From Schmidtea polychroa (Eukaryota), in contig CM097885.1 in assembly GCA_044892525.1 (NCBI GenBank), positions 72,416,001 through 72,480,000 of the forward strand: a DNA stretch of 64,000 nucleotides, in the 5' to 3' direction. Below, piece after piece: positions 1-14,175 of the stretch. The notes under the pieces are model-generated. The model saw nothing but the letters and a program-made list of their open reading frames with translations, did not search any database and was not told the origin of the DNA. A program made the translations under genes and the position numbers. The stretch's first letter is position 1. The number at the start of each line of letters is the position of its first letter.

Positions 1-3000
1 TTATTACTATAGAGAATTGCTATATAGATCCTTTTGTTGGATCTCCGGGGCCGTTACACNNNNNNNNNNNNNNNNNNNNNNNNNNNNNNNNNNNNNNNNN
101 NNNNNNNNNNNNNNNNNNNNNNNNNNNNNNNNNNNNNNNNNNNNNNNNNNNNNNNNNNNNNNNNNNNNNNNNNNNNNNNNNNNNNNNNNNNATTATAAGT
201 ATTACTATTATAAGTATTTATGTTGATATGTTAATGAGTTAATGATATATACTATTTATGTAAAGGTATGCTGTTTAAAAGAAATTGATGAGCCTAGCTA
301 AGTCACCTATAACAGATGTTTCGGTACTTTTGTATGCAAAAAATATAAAGTTACTTAAAAAACGATTATATTAAACAAAATTTATCATACATCATAAATA
401 TAAAAACAAATATTATACATAAATATCGAAATCATTTTTCTATTTTTTTATCGTTTTAATTTTCAATTAATTGTAGATTTTTTTTGGATTTTTTATTTGT
501 ATACTGAAACATTTATAATAGTGATCTTGTTTTCTTATTTTTGTGCAAAAGGGGAGAGCGAAAATAAAATTTAACAATAGCATTACATATATTAAATAGT
601 ATTTGTATGATTGAAGTATGTTGACATTTTTCAGAATATGAAAATACATGAAATTCTCCAAGTTTTATTGGCAGTTTTGTTTTAATAGAACATATTCAAA
701 AGCGTGTGATTATTTTGAAAATTATTATTATGAATATAAGAAATTAAATAGTCTTAATATTTTTTAATATTTTTATCAATTATATTTTATAAACATTAAC
801 ATTCATGTATTAAATGATTAAATTCTCTTTAATTAGTACTACAATAATGATAAACATTTTAATTTTTATTATAAGTTGAATAAGTTTTTATGAAAACTTG
901 TCAATTTTCAATTTTATGTTGTCGCTGTACTAAACAAATTTTCTTGAGACATTTTTAAAAATAATTCAAATAGCATTTTCATACAAATTCAACATCAAAT
1001 TCAAATTTTATACTTGTTAATTTTTAATTTTTAATATTTCTTCAGAAATTTTAATTGATAAATGTTTTTCAAATTCTTAAATATCATCGTAAATCTTACA
1101 CAATAACATTTTAATAGTTTTCTTAAAATTATTGTTCACAAGTTGTATTAAAGTAAATATTCTACATGGCATAATTTCTCTAATAATAGATACGGTTTCG
1201 ACATTGACTTCACGTTTTTACAGAGCAAATTTTGAAACTTTATTTATAATACAGATTCAACAAAATTCCTGATCCAATAACTACACAAAGATTGAATTAC
1301 TCATGCCAGTTACTTTATTTATTATATCACATAATAGCAAAAAATATTCCGAAGGAAAATGATATTTTGGGTTTAGCTTTTAATTCTCTTTCATTTCATA
1401 TGGTAACTTCGTACGTAAGTTCTTTAACCAATGTTAGTCAATGTCGAAATGTAACAAAATGAAATTATCCTCTCTCAAAAATGGCAAATATTTGCTAGTT
1501 AAAATAGAAAATTTGTATTCTATTTCACGAGTTACCAAGTTTGTAATTATTTAAAAAACGATTTATTTTTATTTATTTTTCGTCTTTTTTTTGTTGTCAT
1601 TCAAAATTATATTTATTTTCATTTCGAAAATTAGATAAAACTTTTCTTTTATTTATCCATAATTTGTGATAAATGAGGAAAAATTGTCCATAAAATAATG
1701 AATGAAATTAAAAAAGTATATTAAATTAATTTATATTTACTATGCCAAAGGACTTGGTAAATTAAAATTATTTGATGCACGAGAGGGTTTTCAATTGGCA
1801 CTTGTTTCTAGTTTTCTCAACCGACATAATTTGATTTTAATTAAACTAATTAATTACTTATACATAATAATAATNNNNNNNNNNNNNNNNNNNNNNNNNN
1901 NNNNNNNNNNNNNNNNNNNNNNNNNNNNNNNNNNNNNNNNNNNNNNNNNNNNNNNNNNNNNNNNNNNNNNNNNNNNNNNNNNNNNNNNNNNNNNNNNNNN
2001 NNNNNNNNNNNNNNNNNNNNNNNNNNNNNNNNNNNNNNNNNNNNNNNNNNNNNNNNNNNNNNNNNTATTATTAGTCATTTTTTATCACATTTTGTTATAT
2101 TTTCATTTCGTTTTAATCGTTAATGACGAAATCTATTAAAAGTGAATCATACTTGGTAAATTACCCATGCTCCCATAAGGTTTATTGTTAATTTTTATGC
2201 CATTTTTCAGACAAATTTTCAAAAATAACAAAATTTTCTAAAATTACACTTTGAAGTTCTGTCGATATTTTCTCCTGTTGGAATTTGGCATGTACCCAGA
2301 ATCTATGTATGTCAAAGTACTGAATTGCTAGAAGTGTAACAGGCACTACACACTCAATTTGTCCATTAACAATGCTGAAATAGTTTGTTTTAATCATCGA
2401 AAAAAGATGTTCCACATTATTACGTCAATTACTTCGGCAGCATTTTCTAGAAATTCGAAACAGTTATTTGTCGAATGGGATTTCCACGTCTAAAATAGGA
2501 CTGTGAATCAGTTCTGTCAACAAATATTGTCAGGAGAAAAATCACGAGATTCGATTTTGTTATTTTCATAAATTTTGTTTTCGATGAAATTTTCCCTGAT
2601 TTTCTCTTTGGGAAATTGTAAAGAATATAAAACGGGTTTGAGGATGTTTACATTGAATATCAGTGATCTTTGGGATTTTATCATTTTATCATTACATTAA
2701 ATGAATTTTTTGTTTTATTCAATGCGATTTCTAATGGCGAGTTAGTTTTGAGTGTATTTGACTCACATTAGTATCATGTAAGAGTTGTTGTGCTGTATTC
2801 TATTGGGAATTAGAAAGGAGCAAATTAGTAAATATATAGTTTAATGAAAGGTATTGAATTTGTTGGTTACTTCTGTTGGTAATAGGTATAGATCAAATTT
2901 TTCTAGCCTTAAAAGAAAGACTTTTATATCTGAAGATTTTGAAACAACGCACTCCGTGCCTAAACATCGTGCACCAAAATTTATTCATGTTACTAATAAG

Positions 3001-6000
3001 CAGCACTTAAATATTATCCTACATTGGTTTCAATTTGCACTTATTAAAACAAAACAGTCTAGTTCAACTTGCCACTATATGGGACATTTCTTCGTACAAT
3101 TAACAAATTCTAACAAGGGTCTCCATCAGAATCTATGATAATTCATGACTAGATAAATTATTAAACATCGTCTTTAGTACACTGCATTGTTGTTAAACAA
3201 TAATTATCTGAATAATGCTGCCGTAAACGGTAATAGGACTTGACGCGTTGACCAACAAAATACCCTTCCCATTATGGTCCACACTCATCCCAAAATTTAG
3301 TGATTAACTTTTTTTCATGTTTTTATAAACTTAATTGTACAATTTTTAAAGAATGAGAAAACATTTCTTTTTTTTAAAAATGCAAATTGCAAATAGTATA
3401 AAAATGCATATAAAAAATAAAGGTAAATATAATTAAAAATAGATAAAAAGAGCTGAAATAAAAAGGAATTCACATAATTTTTCTGTTTTTTGTTGTTTTT
3501 TAGTTTTGGTAAAACATATTTTTATTAAGTTGTAAGAATTATAAATCCCAGTTTTCTACTATTTGGACGTTAAACTTAGTGTCGACAGAAAGAAGCCTTA
3601 TTTATTTTATAATTGAAACTGAAAATAAATAATTCCATAAATTTTATTTAATAAAAGATATCTCAAAAACTTGTCTGTTCTTATTTTTGTTATTTAAACA
3701 AATTTCAGATTTTCTTAAAATATTTCTTTGATAAAAATATTTTTTAAAATTGATAAATTTCTTCTTTTTAAAATACTTTTCAATAAAAATATTTTTAAAA
3801 TTTTTACCAAATTTCTAATTAATCTTTAAGAATCTTTTAACATCCTCATATTGAAAGTTATGATAAAGATGATAACTATTAAGTTAACTTGAAAAAGGCA
3901 GTTCCAAAAGTTCATGAGTATCAAAAACATCGATATATTACTGATTTATAGTTTTCAAGCTCTCTTTTTAATATATTCAATGGAAAAAATAGTTCTTATG
4001 ATAACTATTAAAATAATATTAAAAATTTGATTGACATTGCAAGAGTAACATTTATTAAAATTTTATGGATCTGTCTGACAGTNNNNNNNNNNNNNNNNNN
4101 NNNNNNNNNNNNNNNNNNNNNNNNNNNNNNNNNNNNNNNNNNNNNNNNNNNNNNNNNNNNNNNNNNNNNNNNNNNNNNNNNNNNNNNNNNNNNNNNNNNN
4201 NNNNNNNNNNNNNNNNNNNNNNNNNNNNNNNNNNNNNNNNNNNNNNNNNNNNNNNNNNNNTTGCACAGCCCGATTTCCATTTGTGGTAGTGATAACAGTG
4301 GGACTTAAAATTTAATTTAAACTTAGGTTTAGTTAATGACGGTTGCTGTCGTTCATTCATTTTATATATTTTTTATGTTTAAGGTAAAAAAACTTAGCAA
4401 ATTTGTTTATCTATATTAAAAAGATAAAATTTTTGTGTTAAAATATTCAAAAAAAATAAATTGAATTGAAATTTTGTCTTAGTTATTTGTATTAATCGTA
4501 ATGTTTTGCAAATTTGAATCTACTAATGAAAGTGACGAAAAGTCTGAAATGGAAACAGAATGTTTTGAAAAGATGGAATCAGAAATTCTATTTCAAAATG
4601 ATAATGCACAAAATATCGATGTTTAGAGCGTAATATTAATTTTCAAATTTCTGGAGGATTTCAAAAACATAAAATGCACAAGTGGTTCTCTCCATGTAAA
4701 AGTTATGAAAAACATTCAGAAAGTTCAAAATCTCAACTCCATAAATCGATATATATCTATACGGTGAATTTATATTTAAATTTTCAAAATGTGTAAATGT
4801 AGAACAGTCATCAACAACTGCAGGATATTTAATAACGGAAGCAGCCCAGAATTCGTGTCTAAAAACAATCGAACAAAGAATTCTGATGGTATTAAAAACA
4901 GTACAGATAATGTGATATTAATTAAACCTAAATTTATTCCTGAATTGAATTACACAAAAGTATCTATTGTATCTCTTAATGTTTCATGTTTGATTGAAAG
5001 GTTCTCAGAAGGTTTAACTAAATTACTGACGATTAATGATCCCGCTGGATATTTAAAATATTCACTGATTGGTTATTTCTTTACGTTTTCTTCATAGTCC
5101 TTTATGGATAAACATTGCTGAAACGTTGTATCTGCAAATTCTCTTGAAGTTGAATGGAAATATAATCTATTAACAATTGCCGATGATAATGACGATTCTT
5201 GACAAATTCCCAAGCTCGATTCTATTTGAAAGGAAGATCAGCATGTTACAGAAAAAGAGGATCTAATGAACGAATAGGACGATATAACCACCAATTATTA
5301 CATAATTAACATCTCGTGATTATTCGACATAGAAAGTTAAAATGTTTGTCATTCCATATATTCTTAATTGACATAATGACATTATTATTCTAGTGTTATT
5401 TGAAAATTGACTCTTCTCAATCGAATGATATATAATTTACCCAATTTTCACAAATATTTCTTTTAAAATTGTTGTACTATATATCAAAACTTATCAAAAT
5501 AAATTTTTATTTTTTGATTTAAAATTTTCTAAATATTCACGGTAACAGTAGGAAAAATTGGGAAATCATTTTGTACATTTACTTGACTTTTATCTTATGT
5601 ACATGAAATAATGAAAGGAATTTTTAAGTAGCACTTTATTTCATAAATTTTTATTTTTATTATTATTATTTTTGTATATCGCAAAACAATCGTCTTATAT
5701 TTTAGTTGCAAAACTTGTAAGAAACGTTTTAGTTTCATAAATTTAATTGATTTAGTAATAATTTTTAATAAGTTTATACATAAAATATTTTTTTTATGTT
5801 TATGTATTTTATGTATTTTTTTTTAAATAATTTTTAATAAGTTTTACATAAAATATTTTTTAGAATTTTAATAAATTTATTATTTTTAAAATCTTACATT
5901 ACTATTGTTGCGTAACAGTTAAATATATTTAAAATTTTAAATAAAAATAATCGATGTGAAGACTAATAATTATATAATTAATTAGAATCAATATACAAGT

Positions 6001-9000
6001 TTAATCGTTTTATACGAGCATTGAGTTTGATGGGGTTTGCATAATTTTGCAATTTTAGGTTTCAAATTTGTAAATTTATAAATTATAATTTTTTTTACAA
6101 ATAATAACTGAATATAGAATAAATGAAAACAATTTTAATATTTCAACAACAAAGATTCGACCATATATCACGGATCTCAGTATTCATCAACTTTACGCAC
6201 TTTGTCTTTTATTATATTTTAAATATATTTTTGAGGACCTTTAAGAGTCCGCGTACCAATGGATGAGAACCTCTGGAATAGACTATCTTACAAAAAGGTG
6301 AATTAATTTGGTACCTATCTTTTCACTTTTGATAGTGATGTTTCACCACAATGGTTGGTACGGTCCGGTTTCTGATATAACACTGTTTATTGTTGCATGC
6401 CAAAATATTATACTTTTACTGCAAATTCTAAATAATAAATACTAAAAAGTAATAAAAAATAAAAGAATTTAAAATTATAGAAGGGACTTGAGTTAATTGT
6501 AATTATCCACTTAACACGAAATGTTGATCGGTTTGGCATTTAAACATATTTTCTAATAGTTTTTTTTCACTTTAAATAACTGTTAATGTTTTGCTAATTT
6601 TTAAATATTTCTTTTTTATTTTAATGTAATAAATAACAGTTTTTGATACTACTGTCATAACAGTAATGCAATTAAAAATAATAGTTATATTAAAATGTAT
6701 TTTGAAATTATTTAATATATTTATTTTATCATCAAAACCTCATAAGTAATATATTTGTAAGTTTATATTTGCTCTTAGAATTTTAATAATTTTATTTGTT
6801 TATTTAATTATGATTTAGTTTAATTTTAAATTTTAATTATTAATAATTTGGTTCTGAAATAATCATAAATTTTATATTAAATAATTATATAATAATAATT
6901 ATCAAAATATAAAATTAATATAAACATATAAAACACTATTAAATTAGAAATGGATACAATTAAATAAATAATGAGATTATTAAATATTTTATATTTAATG
7001 CTAAAATTGAAAAAACAGATTTACAACAGGAGCATTTCTATTGGGTCTAATTGCTCATATATTGTCATTATTTGTTGTCCCATTGGTTCTCCAATGAGAT
7101 TGTATTATGTAAATTATATATATTTTTACAAGAAGGCAACACTTGTCAAACAGAGTCGTCTTTTAAAGTGGTGAATCATAGTTTTGAGCTTTGTTATTAT
7201 TTGCAAGTCTGAACTTATATATTTATATATTTATGTACTTTGATAATGTGAATCAGTTACAGTGTTTTATGTCAAATAGTTGTCTTATTTTACATTTGGC
7301 AAATGATAAAAAGCTAATATTTATTTATATCTTAATGTGAAAGTCATTGGTTCAACAGGTTGTTTGTTTTCCTTTACAACTAAACCGTTTTTTATTCTTG
7401 ATTACAAAACCATTTACAAAACCAAAATTAGTGAGTTATTTATGAATTATAAATGGCTGTAGGAACCCAAGAATGTTTAAAGAATTTTTGGAATAAATTA
7501 ATTATTTTTATTCATTTAGAATAATGTATTAGATAGAAAGAAAGCATAAATTAGAAAAGTAATTATTTATAGTCTGATAAATAACTGTAAAATTATTTCA
7601 TTTGTTATTAGGGAAGGCTCTGCTAAAATTTAATAGTGTATAAAAACAATTTTTACATTCTGTTAATATTTATTCAATTAGCATTGCATTCTGCTGCTAT
7701 AAATCAAAAATGTTTGTACGTATGTAACTCAAATTTTGGACACTGCCTTTATCAAGAGTTGTTTATTTCGGATTGATATAACAATTTTGAAAAAACTTTC
7801 ATGAGTCTCTTGTAAAGTTTTATGCGATTTACCGATAAAAACAAATCTTAGTATCTTAAAAAAAAAGAATTTAAATAGAAAAAAATTTTTGGAAACTCTC
7901 CAATTACATTTAAATTGGCTATTAAAACATTTAAAATTTTATTTGAATGTCAAATCTATTAAAGAAAAAAATTCAACTGAATCTATTTCGTATGATATTT
8001 ACAAGAAAAACAATGGGACTTATGGGATAGACAAAGGCAACACGGAGAGAGAAATTGTTATTTTTATCCATTGTTGATGCTTGTAAATTGTCAACTGTAT
8101 TGCAAATGTTGAATTATTTGTAGAATTTATTTTTAACTTTTCATTTATTTCCCCTTTCGCTATTCCTCGGTGTTGGGTAGATCAATTAGATTGACTTTTG
8201 TTGCTAGGGAAGTTTATGAATATTACGTTTTAGATGTGTATTCGTCGAGGTTTTATTATATTGTTTTTTTTGTTTGAACTTTGACTAAATATCATAAATA
8301 TAAATCTTATTCTCTCATTTTTGTCATACTACACTTTGAATATATAGGAATTTTATTATTTATTCAAATAAAAAAAATTAATTAAAACTAATAATATTGT
8401 GGGATAATAAGGTCATTTATATAGTTTACATTTATTGTAAGTTTTATATATTTTTAAAGGTGGCGCTAGATTATAGCATTAATTTTCAATGAATTTATTT
8501 ATTTTACAACCGTATTTTCTACACCGCTTTTTATATATTTTGACTTTTCTGGTTACTTAAATTATTTAGGACACTCGTTAATCTCTTTTGTCTTTCTCCT
8601 TATTTGTTTCAAGTTTCTACATATTGCAATTCCTAATATCTCGGAATCTTTTTCATTGGCACATTAAACCGATAAAAAAACTAATTATTTGAGAGAATTT
8701 CCCATGAGAAAATATTTCATTATCGTCTTTTCTTAGCTTAAAACTTGTTTCTGTTGACTTTACTCAAAGTTATTTTAATATCCGAAGTGCCAAAATTTAT
8801 TTATCTATATCGAAATATATATTGTAAAATGAGTATAAAAGTAAGAATAATGTGTGTTTATTTCAGGTATACGATCAACATCGAATGGCTCAACAACAAA
8901 AAATTCATTAAACAGTTAGAAAAGGACAATATAGACGTCGAATTGCTGCGTGAAGAACTTACACTACAGCATAGAATTAAGCGACACTATACGTAAGNNN

Positions 9001-9144
9001 NNNNNNNNNNNNNNNNNNNNNNNNNNNNNNNNNNNNNNNNNNNNNNNNNNNNNNNNNNNNNNNNNNNNNNNNNNNNNNNNNNNNNNNNNNNNNNNNNNNN
9101 NNNNNNNNNNNNNNNNNNNNNNNNNNNNNNATATTATAAAAAAT

Positions 9145-10340
9145 TGCTTCATATTTCGATCGTTTAACAGTCTTCTACAGGCTAGGAATCGTATTAATAG
9201 CCACTCAATAAAAACAAGAATATTCAAACAAATTAATCAATAATAATCGTAATCAAATTGTATTTTATTTTAATAAAATTTTTCTTTGTTTTGAAAATAA
9301 AAACATTTTTTAAATCGTATATAAATTATTAGTATTTTTAAAAAACACACAAAATTGTTATCATTCTCATACAATTTTTTTTTCAAATTAATAAAAAAAA
9401 TCAAGTTCACTTGAAATTTCAAATTTAAAAATTGTTTTCATACAAAAAATTTAACATCAAAACATTAACATCATTCCAAATAATAAATATACAACATTAA
9501 ATTTTTTGAATGCATTCAAAATTCTTATAGACTAGGCACTTTAAATATTAATTATAGGATTTAAAAATTTAATTAGCAACGCCTAAGACGTTACTCATTC
9601 CCAGTAATTATTCAAATTTTTTGCCAAAATCATAAAATCACAAATACTTATTATTTTAGTGGTACACTTCCTAAAATAATCACTAATGTGTGTCAGCTCA
9701 TTCCATCTGCAATGCTCAAGAACTCGAGTGCGGAGATGACATGCAGTTTCTTCAATGTATGTGGCATTAAACCAATTACATGAAAATTGATACACGAGTT
9801 CTGAACACAGACCAACTGGAGTTGAAGACTTATTATTGAACATGTCACCAACATCGCAAGACGTCGAAACAATCCTAAATATAGTCTTAACGACATGTTT
9901 AAGGATTTTATGCTTGAATTCTCTGAAACCTTCAGAATAAAGTAATATCTTAACGTATTTTTGATCAGTGGGCTTTGATCAAATATTTTCACCTTTCAAA
10001 TTTGAAAACTTATTAACTTTAACATCAATAGAATCTTTACCTCCGGATAAACCTGTACAAGAATTATGAGTATTTAACATTCATTTATCAACGGTTTCTG
10101 TTGTCATACGCTTAAAGAAAGATTTAGAATATCCATTTTCAAGAATGAACTCAATCAGAGAATCAACACTTTTCACTGAATTGATAAACAAGGTGATAAA
10201 GACCGGGCATGAAAAACTAATTCTCTCACCATATTTTGCTTGAATTTATATTCATAAAAGCTCTCAGGAGTAGTATAAAGACTAGTATTAGTTTTTTCTG
10301 TATATTTCAGTTTGAAAGTCTTTTTCCTTTCGTTGAATAA
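9145..10340 (-). mobile_element. Penelope-like element remnant (linker + GIY-YIG endonuclease, degraded)
   Basis: Broken minus-strand frames give MVRELVFHARSLSP...LENGYSKSFF (post-RT linker) and ELVYQFSCNWFNATYIEETACHLRTRVLEH (GIY-YIG motif VYxxxCxxCxxxYIGETxRxLxxRxxEH). A hammerhead-like motif lies downstream at 9145-9185. Confidence 0.7.
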
Positions 10341-10350
10341 GCAGATCCAA

Positions 10351-10366
10351 AATAACAATAATAATG

Positions 10367-10430
<64 letters not shown>
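10351..10430. repeat. (AAT)n microsatellite
   Basis: Near-perfect AAT run read directly. Confidence 0.97.
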
Positions 10431-10433
<3 letters not shown>

Positions 10434-11082
10434 GAAGAAGATGAAAAAGAAGAGGAGTAAGAGGAAGAAAGAGGAATATAAATCATTCTAAATTTCTAAA
10501 AGATTGATAATTGGAATAGAAATTTGTTTATTCCATCAGTTGACAAATTGAATAAAATTTCAACAATAATTTGATAACAATTCAATTTCTCCTCACTAGT
10601 AAGTCAGTGCAAAAGGGAAACTATCAATTGGTGAGAATGAAAAGTGAAATTCAACCCAAAATTTTTGTAAGAATTTCTTGTCAAGTTGCTCCGATGTTTC
10701 AAGCTGCCATTAGTTCTGCGTATCAAGTAATTCATTATTTCAGTCAGTCAGTTCATTTCTGTAGAATTTCCCTTTCGTTACATAACGCATAAATGTTCTC
10801 CGTAATTTCTCCTGAACTTTACTCATTAGATTTCTGCCTATATTAGAGTCGGGAAATCGTGTAGAACTATCAAATGGGTCAGTTGATAGAGAGATTTGAC
10901 TTTCTCATCTATTGTTATAGAAAACTTTCAACTCCTATTATCTAACTGAATTCAAACAGATTTCTTTCAACTTGGAGCGGCAAGTGATATTGCCAGGAGA
11001 GAATCGAAAGGCCCATTATCACAAAAAGAGATAAGTGTATCGCATAAGTTAACAGAATACAGGACGCGTTAACTTGGAAGTG

Positions 11083-11085
<3 letters not shown>

Positions 11086-11164
<79 letters not shown>
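11086..11164. repeat. (AT)n microsatellite
   Basis: Perfect AT dinucleotide run. Confidence 0.97.
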
Positions 11165-11171
<7 letters not shown>

Positions 11172-11411
11172 ACTTATATTTTCACTTATCTTTACATGTC
11201 TTTAGTTGATATCACTCTTTTGACAACAGAAACACCTAAATAAATATATACGTGATGTAGATAAATAGTTTTTAGACTCATGCATAAATATAAATGGTTC
11301 TCTATAGAATTTTGTATTTACAAGTGAACTATACCGAAGAAATTGGCACCCTTTTTATTGAGGAATACTGGTATTAGTCTCGTGAGACCTTATTTGGACT
11401 CAACTCGTTGG

Positions 11412-11530
11412 TTTCAAAGATAAAATTCCTCAGTAACCATTCTATACCACTATAGGAATACTTCACAAACCAAAAGAAAATCCCTCAGAAACCATTCTAT
11501 ACCACTATAAGGTTTTTTATTTTTTATAAA
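11412..11530 (+). repeat. ~120-bp dispersed repeat, copy 1 (internal ~35-bp tandem duplication)
   Basis: Near-identical to 19749-19870; contains cctcag(t/a)aaccattctataccactata twice. Confidence 0.9.
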
Positions 11531-12340
11531 TGTTTCTTCAAGTGATTGAACAAGACAAATTTACTGGCCGCCAAATCAGAACTACAAGGTGAGTATAAAA
11601 TTAGCATGTGACCTGTGTAAACGGTTTTGTTGTCATGCAAGAAATAGAGGTCTTGATTTCTAGTCTTCCATCGCAACTTTCTCATATCACCAATCAATGT
11701 ACAGTAGTATTGAGAGTTGATGATTCCCGAAGTAAATTCAGTGTTTTGCATCCAAAACACACTGAACATGAGATATTTTTTGCCAGATGTCCCTAAACGG
11801 AACATTTTGGTGGATTTTCCTCTGGATGCACACTTACTGTATGAAACATAAAGACTCGTCTTATACTCCGTTATAATATTATTCATAATATTTTGACCAC
11901 GAGCATGAAAGAGGACCAGATTTTCTTGACATACTTGCATTCGCATTTCCCGCATCTATACTATCAAGAGTTTTGAGACGAACCTAGTGCATCATTTTCT
12001 TATTTAAATTCCCTCCAGCATGTCTTTCACAGTCTTCTTGCTTACATTAAGTCTATTTGAAAGTTCTTTAAAAGTGATTCATTTTCCTTTACAATAATCT
12101 TTTATTTTACGAATTTTCCTTGCCAGTTTTCCTGGGTAGTTCACTTCTTTCTTCAACAAACACATTGTCCTTGTCAGGGGAAAACTCTCTTATCAAATTA
12201 TGAATAGTGGCTTTGGGTGGTGCTTCATTTTCATATACTTCGCGCAGTTGATAAATGATGTCTTCTTTTCTATCTTCCTCGAAAGAGAAAACGGATAACT
12301 CTGTGGAATTTGACTTTTTGCTACATTTTTTTAAAAACAT
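11524..12340 (-). mobile_element. mariner transposase remnant
   Basis: YQLREVYENEAPPKATIHNLIREF (Mos1-like HTH); LMFSVFW, FLHDN and PCSSDLAASKFVLFNHLK (degenerate HDNA..H and YSPDLAPSDF motifs); several stops and frameshifts. Confidence 0.8.
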
Positions 12341-12486
12341 GCCCTAAATAATGTCAATAGACGTTCACTAGATAAAATAAATGTAATTATATTTATCTAT
12401 TCATTGTTTTGTATTTAAAACTTTTTGGATTTATTTCTGTACGTGTCTAAGAACGTTTTATTCACACCATGCAAGATGTTCTAAAG

Positions 12487-12723
12487 CAGTTTTTCTCAAC
12501 CTAAAGCTGATCGCGAATCGGTGATAATATTATTTTTTATTTAAAAAAGCTCTTTGTGGTAAAAGAAACTACAAACTACATTGATAAATAAATATCTATT
12601 ATTTATTTATGTTCCGCTAATCACACACACACATGTACAGTTTCTTTTTCTCCCGACTTATATTTTTAAGGTCTTTGCAAACCGGTGAGATTTGAGCTGC
12701 AGACCGGCGGTTGAGAAACACTG
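12487..12723. mobile_element. hAT-type MITE (237 bp)
   Basis: Termini CAGTTTTTCTCAACC / GGTTGAGAAACACTG form an imperfect 15-bp TIR; 8-bp TSD is poorly conserved. Confidence 0.6.
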
Positions 12724-13659
12724 CTCCATAAATTACTTTTAATCTGTCTTATTATTACCCAAATTTTTTGTTTATGTTTAAATTATGTTAGACCTATAAA
12801 TACTGCGATTGACATTTATTTAAACATAAAGATAAGCACGTTACTGATTTAAATATAAGCAATATATTTCGATAGGTTCACTCTCATTATCAGATAGAAA
12901 CGAAACACTTTTATAGAATTTTAATTGCTTTTTCGAACAAAATTATAGCAATATCTTAAACATTATATACCAAATAATTAAATCATTTTAAAAACTTACT
13001 TTTTTAAAAAATAAATTTTACACTTATTAAAAATTGTCTAATTAAAAATTTAGGCAAAAATATTTTTAGTAAATTTAATAATTTTGACACTAATACATAA
13101 CATCACTTTACATCCACAATCATTTTGCAAATTAGTTTTCTATGTGCTACTTTAACTAAACTAATACAAACACAAACATGTCATTCTTTGCATACACACT
13201 ACTCGGTCATCTCTTATTGTGCTCATTAATATTAATACACCCCATTAGTTTACAGTGATTGAGAAATCGAATAAAGAAATTATTGGAAGTAAAAAAAAAA
13301 TCAAATTTTATTATAATTGACAATAAGGCCCGTCGGGCGTTAGGGAAGAGATTCTCGACCCTTCTGATGTTTAAAGCTTTGCATATGTATGTATATTTGA
13401 TAACAATATGATAATTACATTTTATTCCACGGTAGAAAATTAAATTTTAAAAATATTACCTTTCGAATATTTAACTTTGTAAGATTTTTAGTTTTCATAC
13501 ACCATTTTATTTTAATTTAAAGTAACATATACTGCACACTTCCAAATGATGAAAAAGAAAAAAATTTATCTAATGAAAATTTTATAAACAAACCTTTACT
13601 AGAATATGCTTAAAAGAAAATAATATAACCTTTTAGTCAATTAAGTTTATATCTCCAAG

Positions 13660-14175
13660 AGACTGCCCGTTACCTCTGCACTCGAGTTCTTGAGAATTGC
13701 TGACAGAATGGATTGACTCACATTTTAGGAAGTGTACGAGTAATATAATAAGTATTTGTGATTTCAAGGTCTTTTCGAGGAGTTTTGGTAATTACTTCGA
13801 ACGAGTAACGTGCGAGGTGTTGTTAATTAGATCTTTGAATCATATAGTTAATATTCAAAGTGCCCAAAGTCTAAGGGCATTTTGAAATTATTTAAATAAT
13901 TCAACTTTTATATTTAATATTTGGGATGATGTTGTTGTTTGTAAAGTTTTTGTATAAAAACAATTTTTAATTTTTAAATTTAATTTTTATATTAATTTAA
14001 AGAAAGATTTTTTTATGAGAATGTTAACAATTTTGTGTGTTTTTAAAATTAAAATAAGTTTTATATGATTAAAAAATGTTTTTCAAAAGTTTTTTTAAAT
14101 ATCTTTTTGATACAGTTTTATTACGATTCTCAGCCTGAAGAAGACTGTTAAACGATCGACATATATAGCAATGTT
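13660..14175 (+). mobile_element. Penelope-like GIY-YIG 3' remnant with hammerhead-like motif
   Basis: ETARYLCTRVLE followed by HFRKCTSNIISICDFKVF is homologous to the 9595-9800 copy; the CTGAAGA...TCGAC motif at 14135-14168 matches the motif at 9145-9185. Confidence 0.65.

Noticed and set aside
2188-8100. Scattered exon-like segments (2188-3140, 4500-5300, 7000-8100)
   Set aside because: Could be host or pseudogene exons but no recognisable domain or consistent splice model.
17-9243. ORFs spanning N runs (also near 21871-22118, 23821-24158, 41535-41864, 57214-57564)
   Set aside because: Artefacts of untranslatable gaps.
11412-11530. Two ~35-bp direct repeats with a short spacer, resembling a mini CRISPR array
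   Set aside because: Only two units, the same spacer in both copies, eukaryotic context and no cas genes.
13327-13345. GCCCGTCGGGC hairpin as a Helitron 3' end
   Set aside because: No CTAG terminus and no matching 5' end.
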